Below are positions 35,865 to 45,886 of a stretch of DNA of 64,000 bases, piece after piece; position 1 is the first letter of the stretch, and each line of letters begins with the position of its first letter. The notes under the pieces were generated by a model that saw only the letters and a program-made list of their open reading frames with translations, made no database searches and was not told where the DNA came from. Both the position numbers and the translations under genes were made by a program. Origin of the DNA: Bacillota bacterium (GTDB lineage Bacteria > Bacillota > Dehalobacteriia > UBA4068 > UBA4997); the NCBI GenBank assembly GCA_021771915.1, contig JAETNY010000002.1:141825-205824 (forward strand), written 5' to 3'.

Positions 35865-36317
35865 TCAATTTGATAGTTGTCGCCCCAAAAAGCCGGCCAC
35901 CGTCTGCGCCAGTTTATATTCAACCTCGCTACTTTCCGGCGCTTCCGAATCGCTTAAAAAGATAACGCCCCCCAAAACATCGCCCTCCGCAATAATTGGA
36001 GCCGCCAGTGCCAGCTTATACTTATCTTCTCCTGCCGCCACCGGCACCAGCTTGCCGCCTTTTTGATACTGATAAATCTGCCGGTCTTCCATCAAACGCT
36101 CCAGTTCATTGCTGATGCGTTTCTCACTCAATTCACGGCTTGGCGCACCAGAAACCGCAATAATGGAATCCCTGTCCGCCACCGCAGAAATATAACCCGT
36201 AGTGCGGTTCAGCGTTTCGCACATATGCGCCGCACAGTTGGAAAATTCCCCCATCGGCGAATATTTTTTGAAAATAACCTCGCCGTCTTTGGCAGTAAAA
36301 ATTTCCAGTGGGTCGCC
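35865..36317 (-). pseudogene. spoVT: 3' portion of spoVT: C-terminal GAF-like domain, N-terminal AbrB-type domain missing
   Basis: 150 aa. GDPLEIFTAKDGEVIFKKYSP...AVSG...EYKLAQTVAGFLGRQL aligns residue-by-residue with B. subtilis SpoVT from REGDPLEIF to the end. Fused in frame to the upstream recombinase ORF. Confidence 0.7.
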
Positions 36318-38045
36318 GCTGTTGACAACATTGACAGTAAAGACCTTGTCCGGTCTGTGTGCTGATGACTGGACTATTTTATTTTTTAAGCTATCCTTAC
36401 TGCCTTGCTTAAAATTTACGCTGTTTTCGCCCTCCTCGCTATCCTCAACAGTTCCACAACTCAACAATGTGTCAATATCTGCTTTTAACTGAATATCAAG
36501 ATGGTCTTCATAAACAGTAATCTGCTCAATAATCAGCGCCAAATCGCTTTTATTCAATTTAGGTTTATGCAGAATATCATCAAATACGTCTAATACCGTT
36601 TTAGCGGCTCGATTAACCTGCAACATCTGGTTACGGTCAACAATGTTTCGGTCAATTTGTTTTTCCAGATTTTTTATTCTGTTTAACAGTTCGTTTTCCA
36701 GATCTACATAACTGGCCTCAATAATTTGCTGTTGATCATTCGGCACTTTCATACTGTCTACAATTTTGCGTTTTAACAGAACTTTAAGCTGCTCTTTGCT
36801 CTCTGTCAACTGACTCTCTAGCAAATCAATAGCTTGACCAATATTTTCTTCCTTTTTATCTTGGTCTTTAATAGCGTTATTAAGCTGTTCAATCATTGAT
36901 GCAGAATTTTCTTTCACCAGCTTAATATACCGTTTCAAAAGCTCGTCCAACTTGTCCACACGAGTATGGTGCGAAGTACAGCCCTTTAAGCCTCTCCGAT
37001 GATAAGTGCCGCAGATATAAGCTGGCGCTAAATCCGGCCGGGACATTGAAAACATCGGGCTGCCACAATCACCGCAAACCAAAAAACCCGAATAAGAAGT
37101 TTCATACTTCTTTTCACCGCGATAATTACTTTTGCTGCGCATTTTAAGCTGCTCCTGCGCAACTGTAAAAGTACGATTATCAATAATTGGCGTATGCGCA
37201 TTCTCTAAAACTATATGTTCATCTTCGGCCAAACGCTTATCTTTACCATTAATCCGTTCTCTGGTATATTTTTTTTGACGCAAAGTACCGATATAAAAAT
37301 CATTGGTTATAATTTTAGAAACTGTTATTATGCTCCATTCACGCTTAGATTTTATTTTCGTACTCTGACCATTTAATTCTTTATAGGCAATCTCGTTGGC
37401 TCTTGGAGTTGGCACGCCTTTATCTGTAAGATAGTTGGCAATCTTTTTATATCCCCAGCCATTATTATACAATCTGAAAATCTCTCGCACAACCTCTGCG
37501 GCCGGCGGATCAATCTCATAGGTCATTTCTTTTGTGTTAATAATACGATAGCCATAAGGAACGGCACAAACCCATTTACCATTTTGTTGTCGATTTTTGA
37601 TAACCGTTTTAATTTTTTTGCTTGTATCGGTTACTGGCATTTCATTCATCAAAAACTTGAACTGAATCAACATCCAATCATCTCTGGTTGGATAATCAAT
37701 ACCATCGCCAATAGCAATAATACGAACGTTGGCATCACGAAGCGTTTCCAGCTCATATAAACCCAAACTGTTACGTCTGGAAAAACGGGAAAAATCCTTA
37801 ACAATCAAAATTTTATATGTTCCGTCCATCAATTTAGGACGCAGCCGCTGGTAACCCTCGCGTTGTTCAAACGTATAACCGGAACGATCTCTGTCAATAA
37901 AGAAATCCAGTCTAGCATTTGGAAAATTGCTTTCAACATATTTTTGAATAATCTCTCGCTGATTTTCAATACTTGTATTATCTCTATCCAATTCGGTATC
38001 AACTGAAATTCTGGCATAGGCCGCTATCGTTAAAGCGTCAAACAA
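36318..38045 (-). CDS. Large serine recombinase (ICE integrase). ORF has no own stop and reads through into the spoVT fragment
   Basis: N-terminal resolvase domain (AAYARISVD...SIENQ). Recombinase domain. Zinc ribbon CGDCGSPM...CGTYHRRGLKGC. Coiled-coil. Confidence 0.8.
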
Positions 38046-38116
38046 TATTATTCACTCCTAAACAATATAGTATATATAATATTGTAACATATTATATATA
38101 CTTTGGCAAGAGTTAA

Positions 38117-38347
38117 TTATATATTATTTACCAGCAATGCCGATGTACAATCTAACAAGTTGTGTGTTCCTGAACAAAAAATTGCAACCGTATATTTTTT
38201 AGTTTTATAATTTTTGATAATATCTTTAATAGAATTATCTCTTTCACCTTTCATCAACCAAACTTCTACAACAAATTTTTCGTCATCAACCACAACTTTC
38301 ATTTTGCCACCTCCTTCTATAATTATTGCCCATAACTTGTTAATCAA
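38117..38347 (-). CDS. Small hypothetical protein
   Basis: 76-aa ORF, AT-rich. Confidence 0.2.
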   Translation of the reverse strand: MINKLWAIIIEGGGKMKVVVDDEKFVVEVWLMKGERDNSIKDIIKNYKTKKYTVAIFCSGTHNLLDCTSALLVNNI

Positions 38348-38379
38348 AACTCATACCTAAAATTTTTCCTTAAACAGGA

Positions 38380-38760
38380 TTATATTGTCCTGATTCGGGG
38401 ATTATATCGCCCTCATACGAGGGTTTATACTATCCCCTTTCGGGGAATATATTGCAGGCCGCCCCTGGCGAGGCTGTCATAACTCCGCACTGCCGTATTT
38501 TCGAACAGCGCAGGGTTCTACCGCAAGTCTGTGGGTAGGCGTGAGCAAGTATCATTGTTAGCACTACACTGTTATGGCGGTCAGTTTGCCAAACTGATTT
38601 CCATAGTTTACGCTTATTGCTCGTTCTGATAATAGAAGTCTTGGCGGCGCACTATGCTTCGCTCTGGTGCAGCTTTTGTGCCTGCAATATAAGTTATGAA
38701 GTTGTCAAAGAACTGTTTTATTACATAAGATTTTTATCAGGAAATTTATTCCTCTATAAA
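38380..38760 (-). ncRNA. ORF-free structured leader region, related to the two shorter leader elements
   Basis: GC-enriched compared with its flanks. Nested hairpins (GGGGAT...ATCCCC, CCCTC-ATAC-GAGGG, CCCC-TTTC-GGGG). Shares TTAGCACTACA and CTTCGCT-TGTGCAG with the elements at 44205 and 40684. Confidence 0.3.
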
Positions 38761-38781
38761 TAGCATCTGTTTCTGGCTATT

Positions 38782-39255
38782 TCACACCCTGCTACTAAAA
38801 AATTGTTTTAATTTCTTTACCGATGATCTAATAGATTTAGAAACATTTTGTTGAGCTATTCCCTCAATATCTGCTATCTGCTGTTCTGTCTTGTCCTCAA
38901 CATAATACAGCCACAATCGCCTAAATTGCTTTTCAGTCAAGACGGATTTAATCTTTTCTATAAGTACCTTTCTTTCACCAGCAACCAGATCGCTTAACAA
39001 AATCTGCTCCACAGACGGAGAGAAAGCGTTATCATCTATCTGTTTTTGTAGTTTATTTTTTAAGCGTTTATAACTTTGTTCAGCGTTATATTCCAAACGG
39101 TATTCATTGTCAGACCATTCTTTCCAACGAGCAAATTCTTCCTCACTGGCAAATTCTTCTTTAGTCAGCTTAATATATTCACCAACTGCATTTCTACTTA
39201 CAATAGCCTCTTTATTCTTGTTATTCAAATCGTAATTGCTCTTTTTGTTATACAT
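38782..39255 (-). CDS. Sigma-70 region-4-only DNA-binding protein
   Basis: C-terminus LTEKQFRRLWLYYVEDKTEQQIADIEGIAQQNVSKSIRSSVKKLK is a region-4 HTH. No region 2. Confidence 0.4.
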   Translation of the reverse strand: MYNKKSNYDLNNKNKEAIVSRNAVGEYIKLTKEEFASEEEFARWKEWSDNEYRLEYNAEQSYKRLKNKLQKQIDDNAFSPSVEQILLSDLVAGERKVLIEKIKSVLTEKQFRRLWLYYVEDKTEQQIADIEGIAQQNVSKSIRSSVKKLKQFFSSRV

Positions 39256-39390
39256 AAAAAAATCTCCTTAATCTCAAAATTTCTTATAAATTAGAAACCT
39301 TGAAAATAAGGAGGCGAACGACAGCTCACATAAATACGAAACTGCATAAAGAAAACGAACCCAAATCTTCTGATATTACGATTTGGGCTC

Positions 39391-39579
39391 TTAGATTTTA
39401 CTCATTTGTGATTTTATTATATTGATTATTTTTTCCGTTTGACATTTTAAGCAATAAACAGAAAAGAACACCAGCATAGTTTGTGGATAAATCCCAATAT
39501 TGGTTTTAGCGCCACAGTTTGGGCAACAAAGCCAGTGTAAATTTTTAATTTTATTGCTTTCTTTCAATGGTATAGGCAT
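39391..39579 (-). CDS. Small zinc-ribbon protein
   Basis: 62 aa with CCPNCGAKT...CLKCQ. Confidence 0.25.
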   Translation of the reverse strand: MPIPLKESNKIKNLHWLCCPNCGAKTNIGIYPQTMLVFFSVYCLKCQTEKIINIIKSQMSKI

Positions 39580-39730
39580 TTTTATTTCCTTTCCGGAAGT
39601 ATAATATCAACCCTGCTTTCTCTGTCTGGCCTTTTATAATACTGCTTATTTTTGTTATTCAGAAATGATTTTTGGCCGATGGGAATGGTTGGCTAAAGTA
39701 TATAAACATTCCCATCGACTGGGCAAGCTA

Positions 39731-40075
39731 TTACACAATAAGTTTGCCCAATATATTTGCCAGTGTACTGGTTATTAAACTTGGCATATATTTTTTTAAC
39801 AGGCCTTTTATGTTATAATTTGATTGCTGCATATCGGCCTGCATTCTTTGCAGCATTTGATATTCCGGATCTTCACTATTCAACCGTTGTTGCTGCTCAA
39901 GTAAGGCATTAAGAATATCCTTGGCCTCCGTATCTGTTATATCATTCAGCATTTTAACAGCATTATCAATCTTAACACCATCAAGTTCAACAGCCAAATT
40001 TTGGCCTTTAACACGATTTAATACTTCACTGTTTCCACTAATTGAAGAATTTTTAACTGTAATTTTAACAGCCAT
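39731..40075 (-). CDS. Hypothetical protein sharing an N-terminal motif with the C-terminus of its upstream neighbour
   Basis: VKITVKNSSISGNSEVLNRV resembles KINIKNSQISGNAQILNDLVF of the 40096-40569 product. Confidence 0.3.
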   Translation of the reverse strand: MAVKITVKNSSISGNSEVLNRVKGQNLAVELDGVKIDNAVKMLNDITDTEAKDILNALLEQQQRLNSEDPEYQMLQRMQADMQQSNYNIKGLLKKYMPSLITSTLANILGKLIV

Positions 40076-40095
40076 TTTAATTGCTCCCTTCTATA

Positions 40096-40569
40096 TCAAA
40101 AAACCAAATCATTCAAAATCTGAGCATTACCGCTTATTTGACTGTTTTTAATATTAATCTTAATATTTTGTCCGGCTCTACGGTTCTCAGCCATAGAAGA
40201 AATTAAAACTGCGTAAACTTTATCAAGGAACTCTAAGTCCCTAAATATAAAACTATATGTAACACCAGCATTTGTTAAAATAATCAATTTTCTTTGGCTT
40301 TGAGCTTCATTATTTTCAAAAAACCAACCAGCAATACCCATACCACCCAATAATAATAGACCAAAACCAATTAACGTAAATTTAAATAAACAGATTAAAC
40401 CTATTATGAAAATAGCAAGAGCCCACATAGGAAACGGTATAGATTCTAAAGGAATTGTTGAAATGCTGGAAATATTTGATAGAAAAATTACAGAGTTTTT
40501 CCAAGCCATTGCATTACCAACAATGGATAACTCTGGTGTATTAATTGTTGCTTCTTTTTTCATCATCAA
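40096..40569 (-). CDS. Membrane protein (2 TM) with C-terminal KNSxISGN motif
   Basis: 157 aa; hydrophobic segments plus a motif shared with the adjacent gene. Confidence 0.3.
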   Translation of the reverse strand: MMMKKEATINTPELSIVGNAMAWKNSVIFLSNISSISTIPLESIPFPMWALAIFIIGLICLFKFTLIGFGLLLLGGMGIAGWFFENNEAQSQRKLIILTNAGVTYSFIFRDLEFLDKVYAVLISSMAENRRAGQNIKINIKNSQISGNAQILNDLVF

Positions 40570-40683
40570 TCACTCCTTCTTAGTAATAAACAGCTCAGTG
40601 GCCGGCAGGAATGGTTGGCAAACGGAAATGAATATTTCCACCGGCCTAAAGCCGTTTATATATCATGTTATTCTCGTCTGGTA

Positions 40684-40800
40684 AATAACAGGAGGCGGAA
40701 TTACCAGCGACAGAAACCATATTATACAAGATATGACTTTTGCACAGCTTCGCTTGTGCAGATACAAAGGCTTAAACACCGTTTATTAAACATAAATCGT
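40684..40800 (-). ncRNA. Conserved leader element, copy 1
   Basis: Shares GGCGGAATT..C.GCGA.AG.AACC...TATGACTTTTGCACA...AAAGGCT.AAACA with 44205-44340. Lies ~110 nt upstream of the 40569 start. Confidence 0.35.
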
Positions 40801-40813
40801 TGAATGGTAAAAT

Positions 40814-41317
40814 TTACTTTATAGACAAATTCTGTAATCGTATTATGAATATAACTAATACAATGCATAGTGGTAGCAATAGGAAATACAATTCAGATTC
40901 TGTATCATTAATAATATTAAGGAAATATTGTATCAAAAATCTCTCAGGCAAAGAATGAACTACTGATTCTAATCCATATACATTTAGTAGCACTTCATAT
41001 AGCCATTCAAATAGTACATTTTTAAGTTTTATATAACCGATGAAACATACTATAAAAACTATTATTGACAATTCTCCATAATCCAATGAAAAACTTTTTA
41101 TTGCACCATTAAAACAAGCTTTTATAAAACATACAATAAAATGCATTATTGTTAAGCCAAAAGGCAAAAAGAGTATAATTGCTTGAATTATTATTGTAAA
41201 ATAACTATGCGTATTTGTTATTTCAAAGATAGTTGAAAAAAATTTTACCAGTAATAGCCATACTAAAAAAAATAATATTTTTTTTGCATAACCTTTTTTT
41301 CTGAACGACTTAAACAT
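40814..41317 (-). CDS. Polytopic membrane protein
   Basis: 167 aa, 4-5 TM helices. Confidence 0.3.
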   Translation of the reverse strand: MFKSFRKKGYAKKILFFLVWLLLVKFFSTIFEITNTHSYFTIIIQAIILFLPFGLTIMHFIVCFIKACFNGAIKSFSLDYGELSIIVFIVCFIGYIKLKNVLFEWLYEVLLNVYGLESVVHSLPERFLIQYFLNIINDTESELYFLLLPLCIVLVIFIIRLQNLSIK

Positions 41318-41326
41318 AATATCGAC

Positions 41327-41974
41327 TTAGTCTAAAATTCCTGGTTTGACTTTAACATTAAGCGTTCCTTCATAAGTACCACCAGGTTGTTTTATCGTTA
41401 CCATATAATTAGCTTGAACTGTACCATAAGGCGCATCGCTTGTATAATCTATATTCTCATCAAATGTTAGACCTACTGATTTTCTATGGGGAGCATCTAT
41501 TGGTGCGCTATAATCGCCACCCCAACATAATGTAGCAGATTTATATGTCCCTGCTGCAATTGTGGCATAACCAGACAAATTGGTAATTGAATTATTCGTA
41601 CCTTTACCATCGATCCACGTCATTGTCATCGAAGCTGCAGCAGAAATACCATCTTTTCTATATGTTGAATCTCCTGTTTTAACTTTAACATTAGCGGTAT
41701 ACAAAACAGGGATATCATCATTTATTACATTATTATATAAATTGGCATATAAAGCTGGAACAGGTAACTTAACTACACTGATACTTTCTATTTCCAATGC
41801 AGTTTGTTCACCGTTGTCAGAAATCATATAGGCTTCAATGCCTTGAGCAACTTTTTGTTCAAGTTGCTCTGTTGTTAAATTATTATCAGCAGCCAAAGCT
41901 GGAACACTAACCAGCATACACAAACACAAAATGCAACAAAAAGTTATTACTTTTTTTATACTTAAAGTTTTCAT
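41327..41974 (-). CDS. Secreted/lipoprotein paralogue A
   Basis: Signal peptide MKTLSIKKVITFCCILCLCMLVSVPALA. Shares ASMTMTWIDGxGxNNxITNLxG with its neighbour. Confidence 0.4.
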   Translation of the reverse strand: MKTLSIKKVITFCCILCLCMLVSVPALAADNNLTTEQLEQKVAQGIEAYMISDNGEQTALEIESISVVKLPVPALYANLYNNVINDDIPVLYTANVKVKTGDSTYRKDGISAAASMTMTWIDGKGTNNSITNLSGYATIAAGTYKSATLCWGGDYSAPIDAPHRKSVGLTFDENIDYTSDAPYGTVQANYMVTIKQPGGTYEGTLNVKVKPGILD

Positions 41975-42020
41975 TTTAATTCTCCTTTTTATTTGTACTT
42001 TTTTTCAATTAAAACATTAT

Positions 42021-42647
42021 TTAACTAAAAATTCCCGGTTGAACCTTAACCCTCATAAAATATACAGAACCCTGAGCATTCTCAACACCTACATAATAAT
42101 CAGCTCTTACAGTACCCCAAAGTTCTTTATCACTCGTATAATTAACATCTTTATTAAAGCTTTTACCTACATTCGCTTTATATGGGGCAAGTGAAGTGTC
42201 TTCATAATCAGAACCCCAATATATCCAACCAGAATGGAAACTGCCTTTTGCAACAGTCGTCAGACCGGTTAGATTAGTAATAGTGTTATTAGAACCATTA
42301 CCATCAATCCATGTCATTGTCATTGATGCAGATGCTACAATATTGCAGCAATTAAGTTGCTTATCATTAGTTTTAGTTTTCACAGTAGCAGCATAAATAG
42401 CATATTCTTCATCACCAACCAATCCATACAAACTTGGTATAGGAAGTTTTACAACATCAATACTTTCTATGTCCAATTCAATTTCATCGCCATTTTCCGA
42501 AATCAAATATGCCTCAATATTTTCTTCAATATTTTGTTTAATTTGTTCTGTTTTAGAATCATAATCCACCGCTAAAGCTGGCATAGCCATAGCAAAACAT
42601 AAGCAGAATGCTAACAACCAAGACAACATATTGTGCTTTTTCATCAT
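42021..42647 (-). CDS. Secreted paralogue B
   Basis: Signal peptide ...AMAMPALA. Shares the block ASASMTMTWIDGNGSNNTITNLTG. Confidence 0.4.
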   Translation of the reverse strand: MMKKHNMLSWLLAFCLCFAMAMPALAVDYDSKTEQIKQNIEENIEAYLISENGDEIELDIESIDVVKLPIPSLYGLVGDEEYAIYAATVKTKTNDKQLNCCNIVASASMTMTWIDGNGSNNTITNLTGLTTVAKGSFHSGWIYWGSDYEDTSLAPYKANVGKSFNKDVNYTSDKELWGTVRADYYVGVENAQGSVYFMRVKVQPGIFS

Positions 42648-42804
42648 AGAAAAACACCTCTTTCATAATTTGTTTTTGAGAAGTAAATTCCAATTAATTC
42701 CCCAATCATAACGGCTAAACGCCCCCTATCCTCCCTCCGGCTATAAATTTTCAATCTGTACATGAACAGCTTGCCGTTCTTGATAAATATTTGGTAATTC
42801 TTCC

Positions 42805-42845
42805 CTCTATTATATACACGTAACGAAAAGACCAAAATGTTACAT
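42805..42845 (-). promoter_or_regulatory. Conserved promoter/operator motif, copy A
   Basis: Minus sense: ATGTAACATTTT-N13-GTTACGTGTATATAATAGAG. GTAAC/GTTAC inverted repeat flanks a TATAAT box. Lies ~150 nt upstream of 42647. Confidence 0.45.
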
Positions 42846-42936
42846 AAAAAGTAAAAATTTTTATCTTTTTCATAAAAATATACTTAGCAGAAGATTGTAT
42901 CTACTAAGTATATTTTTTTAGAATGTTTACTGTATG

Positions 42937-44103
42937 TTACTTTATTATAATTGGCACATTTTGTCTAACTGTATATGTTTTAGTTTCATTTTCTGAATTA
43001 TCTCTAATATCAATCAACCATTCAATTTGTAATATATTTTCTTTTAGTAATTCATTCTCTTCATCTGGTTTGTTAAAGTAATCACTATATTTACTAATTA
43101 TGTTAATGAATTGGCCAGGTTGTTTTAGAATAAATTTTTTATTTGGCTCTACTTGAAAACTACGCGCATACTTAATATTAGATTGTATATAGTTTTGTCC
43201 ATATATGGTTGTATTTACATTATCGTATTCTTCAGGAATATCAATAGTATCTAATAAATCATCCATACAATAAGCATATTCAATATAAGTTTTTTTTAAA
43301 TAACTGTTTACCTTAGTATAATTCCAAGCAGTACAAGAACGAGATGTTTGACGCAATTTCAAGCCTGCAACGTAGTAATCTTGTGGATTTGTTGTGTTTA
43401 CGAGTGTAACTAAACAATTCATATTTGCACGATGACCATAAAATAAATCAGAATAATCGATATCAAATTGCAATAATAGAGTATCGCTGTTTTTATTAGT
43501 AATATTTTTATGTTCACTATTAAAGTAACGACAAGCTAATTCTTCTCCGTTACTTCCTACAAGAACATATTTACCAACAGGAGGCTTTTTCCAAATACAC
43601 ATAAATACATCATCAGCAATATTAAACTGCTGTTGTAATTTATAAATATCGATTACTTCTGTCCAGACTTCCAATTTTTTTACATCATCACGACAGCCTA
43701 ATATAATGTAATATGATTGCAGTAATTCTTGTCTATTATTTTTTGTTGTAAAACTACACGCATTTACGTCGGAAGAAAAAATGTCCAACATATTGGTTTG
43801 ATTACAATATAATTTATAAGTATCTTGTGTTTCATCTAAAACAAACTGTAAGTAACCAAAAAGCTTCATTGAGTATTCTTCGCCAACAGCATAGCCCACA
43901 ATAATAGAATCGTCTACTTTTTGTATACCGGCTATCTGAACAGGCATATCTTCTTCCATTTCTCGCCGCACAATTTCAATACACAAATCTTCGGTTATTT
44001 CGTTTTCGGCATATTTAGGTTCATAATTCCAAACAAAATAGCTTATGAGCAGCGCAATTAATACAAATATCATTGCTAAAAACATAAGTTTTTTTCTATT
44101 CAT
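42937..44103 (-). CDS. N-terminally membrane-anchored hypothetical protein
   Basis: 388 aa with one N-terminal TM helix; Cys/Tyr/Asn-rich. Confidence 0.35.
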   Translation of the reverse strand: MNRKKLMFLAMIFVLIALLISYFVWNYEPKYAENEITEDLCIEIVRREMEEDMPVQIAGIQKVDDSIIVGYAVGEEYSMKLFGYLQFVLDETQDTYKLYCNQTNMLDIFSSDVNACSFTTKNNRQELLQSYYIILGCRDDVKKLEVWTEVIDIYKLQQQFNIADDVFMCIWKKPPVGKYVLVGSNGEELACRYFNSEHKNITNKNSDTLLLQFDIDYSDLFYGHRANMNCLVTLVNTTNPQDYYVAGLKLRQTSRSCTAWNYTKVNSYLKKTYIEYAYCMDDLLDTIDIPEEYDNVNTTIYGQNYIQSNIKYARSFQVEPNKKFILKQPGQFINIISKYSDYFNKPDEENELLKENILQIEWLIDIRDNSENETKTYTVRQNVPIIIK

Positions 44104-44204
44104 AATAAACCTCCATTAGTTCTTTTATGTAATTATATATAATTCCAACAACAAAATCAACTTTCACCAACTTTTAATATTGAACTCAAGTACATTGAAT
44201 AATG

Positions 44205-44340
44205 AAAGGCGGAATTGCCTGCGATAGGAACCGTACATAAAAATTTATGACTTTTGCACACTCCGCCTATGTAACAAAAGGCTCAAAACATAAATGTTTT
44301 AGCACTACAAACTGAGCCTATCGCAGGTAAGTTTTGCATA
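44205..44340 (-). ncRNA. Conserved leader element, copy 2, bracketed by an 11-bp inverted repeat
   Basis: CCTGCGATAGG ... CCTATCGCAGG closes a ~110-nt stem. Lies between promoter copy B and the 44103 start. Confidence 0.35.
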
Positions 44341-44388
44341 ACACCAACTTTATAAGTAAAATTTGGGAAAGCAAAAATATATTGTTTC

Positions 44389-44429
44389 TCTATTATATAC
44401 ACGTAACCAAAAATCGAAAATGTTACATA
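44389..44429 (-). promoter_or_regulatory. Conserved promoter/operator motif, copy B
   Basis: ATGTAACATTTT-N13-GTTACGTGTATATAATAGAG. Confidence 0.45.
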
Positions 44430-44560
44430 TAAATTAAAAATATTTTATATTCCTAAAATTTATTTTCAAATCACCACCAGAATAAAAAGATTGCACTTTA
44501 CAGACAAATATCTGCAAAGTGCAATAATAAAATTTCATCATTATCTCATTAATATTTTAC

Positions 44561-44986
44561 TTAAACAGAAAGAGTAATAAACTCTCTGGTATCATAGCCG
44601 CCTTTTTCAGCATAAAAATACACCTTAGCGCGATATTCACAATCACTTTTAGCATTATAATAATTTACACTAGATTTGTAATAACGAGTGTTACTTGATA
44701 ACATATTAGAATAACTAGAAGAACTGTATGTTGCAACAGTACTCCAGGTAGTAGAACCTGACGTTTTCTCCTGGATAAGAATAGTCTGCGCACCAATTAC
44801 GTCCATACTATTCTTTCCATTTATATCAAAGGTTACCGTTACTTTACTATCAGACCTCCTTATTTGCGCAAAACAATCCTCAATATATTCACTAGCCCTT
44901 ACAGTAGCTCCGGCAACATCAGCCATACAAAAAATAACAATCAACAATAAAGCTATTAAAGATATTCTTTTTTTCATAAATTTCAC
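44561..44986 (-). CDS. Small secreted protein
   Basis: 141 aa with signal peptide. Overlaps the anti-sigma stop by 4 nt. Confidence 0.3.
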   Translation of the reverse strand: MKFMKKRISLIALLLIVIFCMADVAGATVRASEYIEDCFAQIRRSDSKVTVTFDINGKNSMDVIGAQTILIQEKTSGSTTWSTVATYSSSSYSNMLSSNTRYYKSSVNYYNAKSDCEYRAKVYFYAEKGGYDTREFITLSV

Positions 44987-45879
44987 TCTCCATAAATTGA
45001 ATTTATCATTTGTTTAGCCTCTTCTAAAGAGAATTTGCCCGTAATAGAACCTTCATAAATTCCGCTACGCCATATTACCTTTTTAATACCCAAATTCTCC
45101 ATAATATAGTATGTTGTACCATACATTTCATATTCTTCAACACCTAAAGTATCCTTTTCATAAAGCGGTTTTTCCTTTCCAGTTAAAGGAAATCTATAAT
45201 TTATGTCTATCGTATTAATACCATTATCTGTTTCTTTATAAAAAGCAGCATATATACTGCCAAAAGAATTATCAGTTGGCTCTGATACTTCAACAGTATT
45301 GGATACATATCCATATGGTATCCACTCAGGAACAAGACTAAGTTCTCCAGCATATTCCGCAACCTTATCTGACAATTCAGTGGTTACATAAACAGGTTCA
45401 ATCCAAAATTGGTCATCGTTCCATCTACCAACTAACTTAACAGGATTATAACCTAAAGCATACGCTGTAACAGTACCAGCACATATCAATAAAACAAGAA
45501 CCGCCGCGACACTGGCAAATCTGCGCCAATATTTTTTCAATTTATGCAATACAATAATTTTGGCATTATCTAATTTCGGAACAACATTATCATCACCAAA
45601 ATCATTATAAAAATCGTAAACATCTTGGGCTTCATCAATGTAAGGCAAACAATTCTCCTTAAATTCAGCCACAGCGTTGGCTTTTTTTTGCTCCCAATCA
45701 ATTTGATTATCTTTTTGGCGTTCCGATAACAACTCAATAATATAAGATATTGCCTCCGGCTCCATCTGTTTACCCTCCGGGGCGTTCAAATCGGCTCGCA
45801 GATAGGCCTCCAAAATGTCGCTGTCAATATTGTCGAATTTGCTATAATCTACACGCCCCTTATCTTCGACTTTCGACAT
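44983..45879 (-). CDS. Anti-sigma-factor-like membrane protein (DUF4367-like extracytoplasmic domain)
   Basis: Cytoplasmic N-domain, single TM (RRFASVAAVLVLLICAGTVTAYALG), ~150-aa outside domain. Immediately downstream of the sigma gene. Confidence 0.45.
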   Translation of the reverse strand: MSKVEDKGRVDYSKFDNIDSDILEAYLRADLNAPEGKQMEPEAISYIIELLSERQKDNQIDWEQKKANAVAEFKENCLPYIDEAQDVYDFYNDFGDDNVVPKLDNAKIIVLHKLKKYWRRFASVAAVLVLLICAGTVTAYALGYNPVKLVGRWNDDQFWIEPVYVTTELSDKVAEYAGELSLVPEWIPYGYVSNTVEVSEPTDNSFGSIYAAFYKETDNGINTIDINYRFPLTGKEKPLYEKDTLGVEEYEMYGTTYYIMENLGIKKVIWRSGIYEGSITGKFSLEEAKQMINSIYGE

Positions 45880-45886
45880 AGCTAAA

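Noticed and set aside
35865-38045. Natural recombinase-GAF domain fusion protein
   Set aside because: SpoVT homology starts inside the AbrB-type fold (REGDPLEIF) and continues to the native stop and terminator. This is consistent with insertion into a pre-existing gene and not with a designed fusion.
38380-38760. Group II intron or retron ncRNA
   Set aside because: No reverse-transcriptase ORF nearby, and no match to the domain V consensus (GAGCCGUAUG...ACGGUUC). Kept only as an unclassified structured region.
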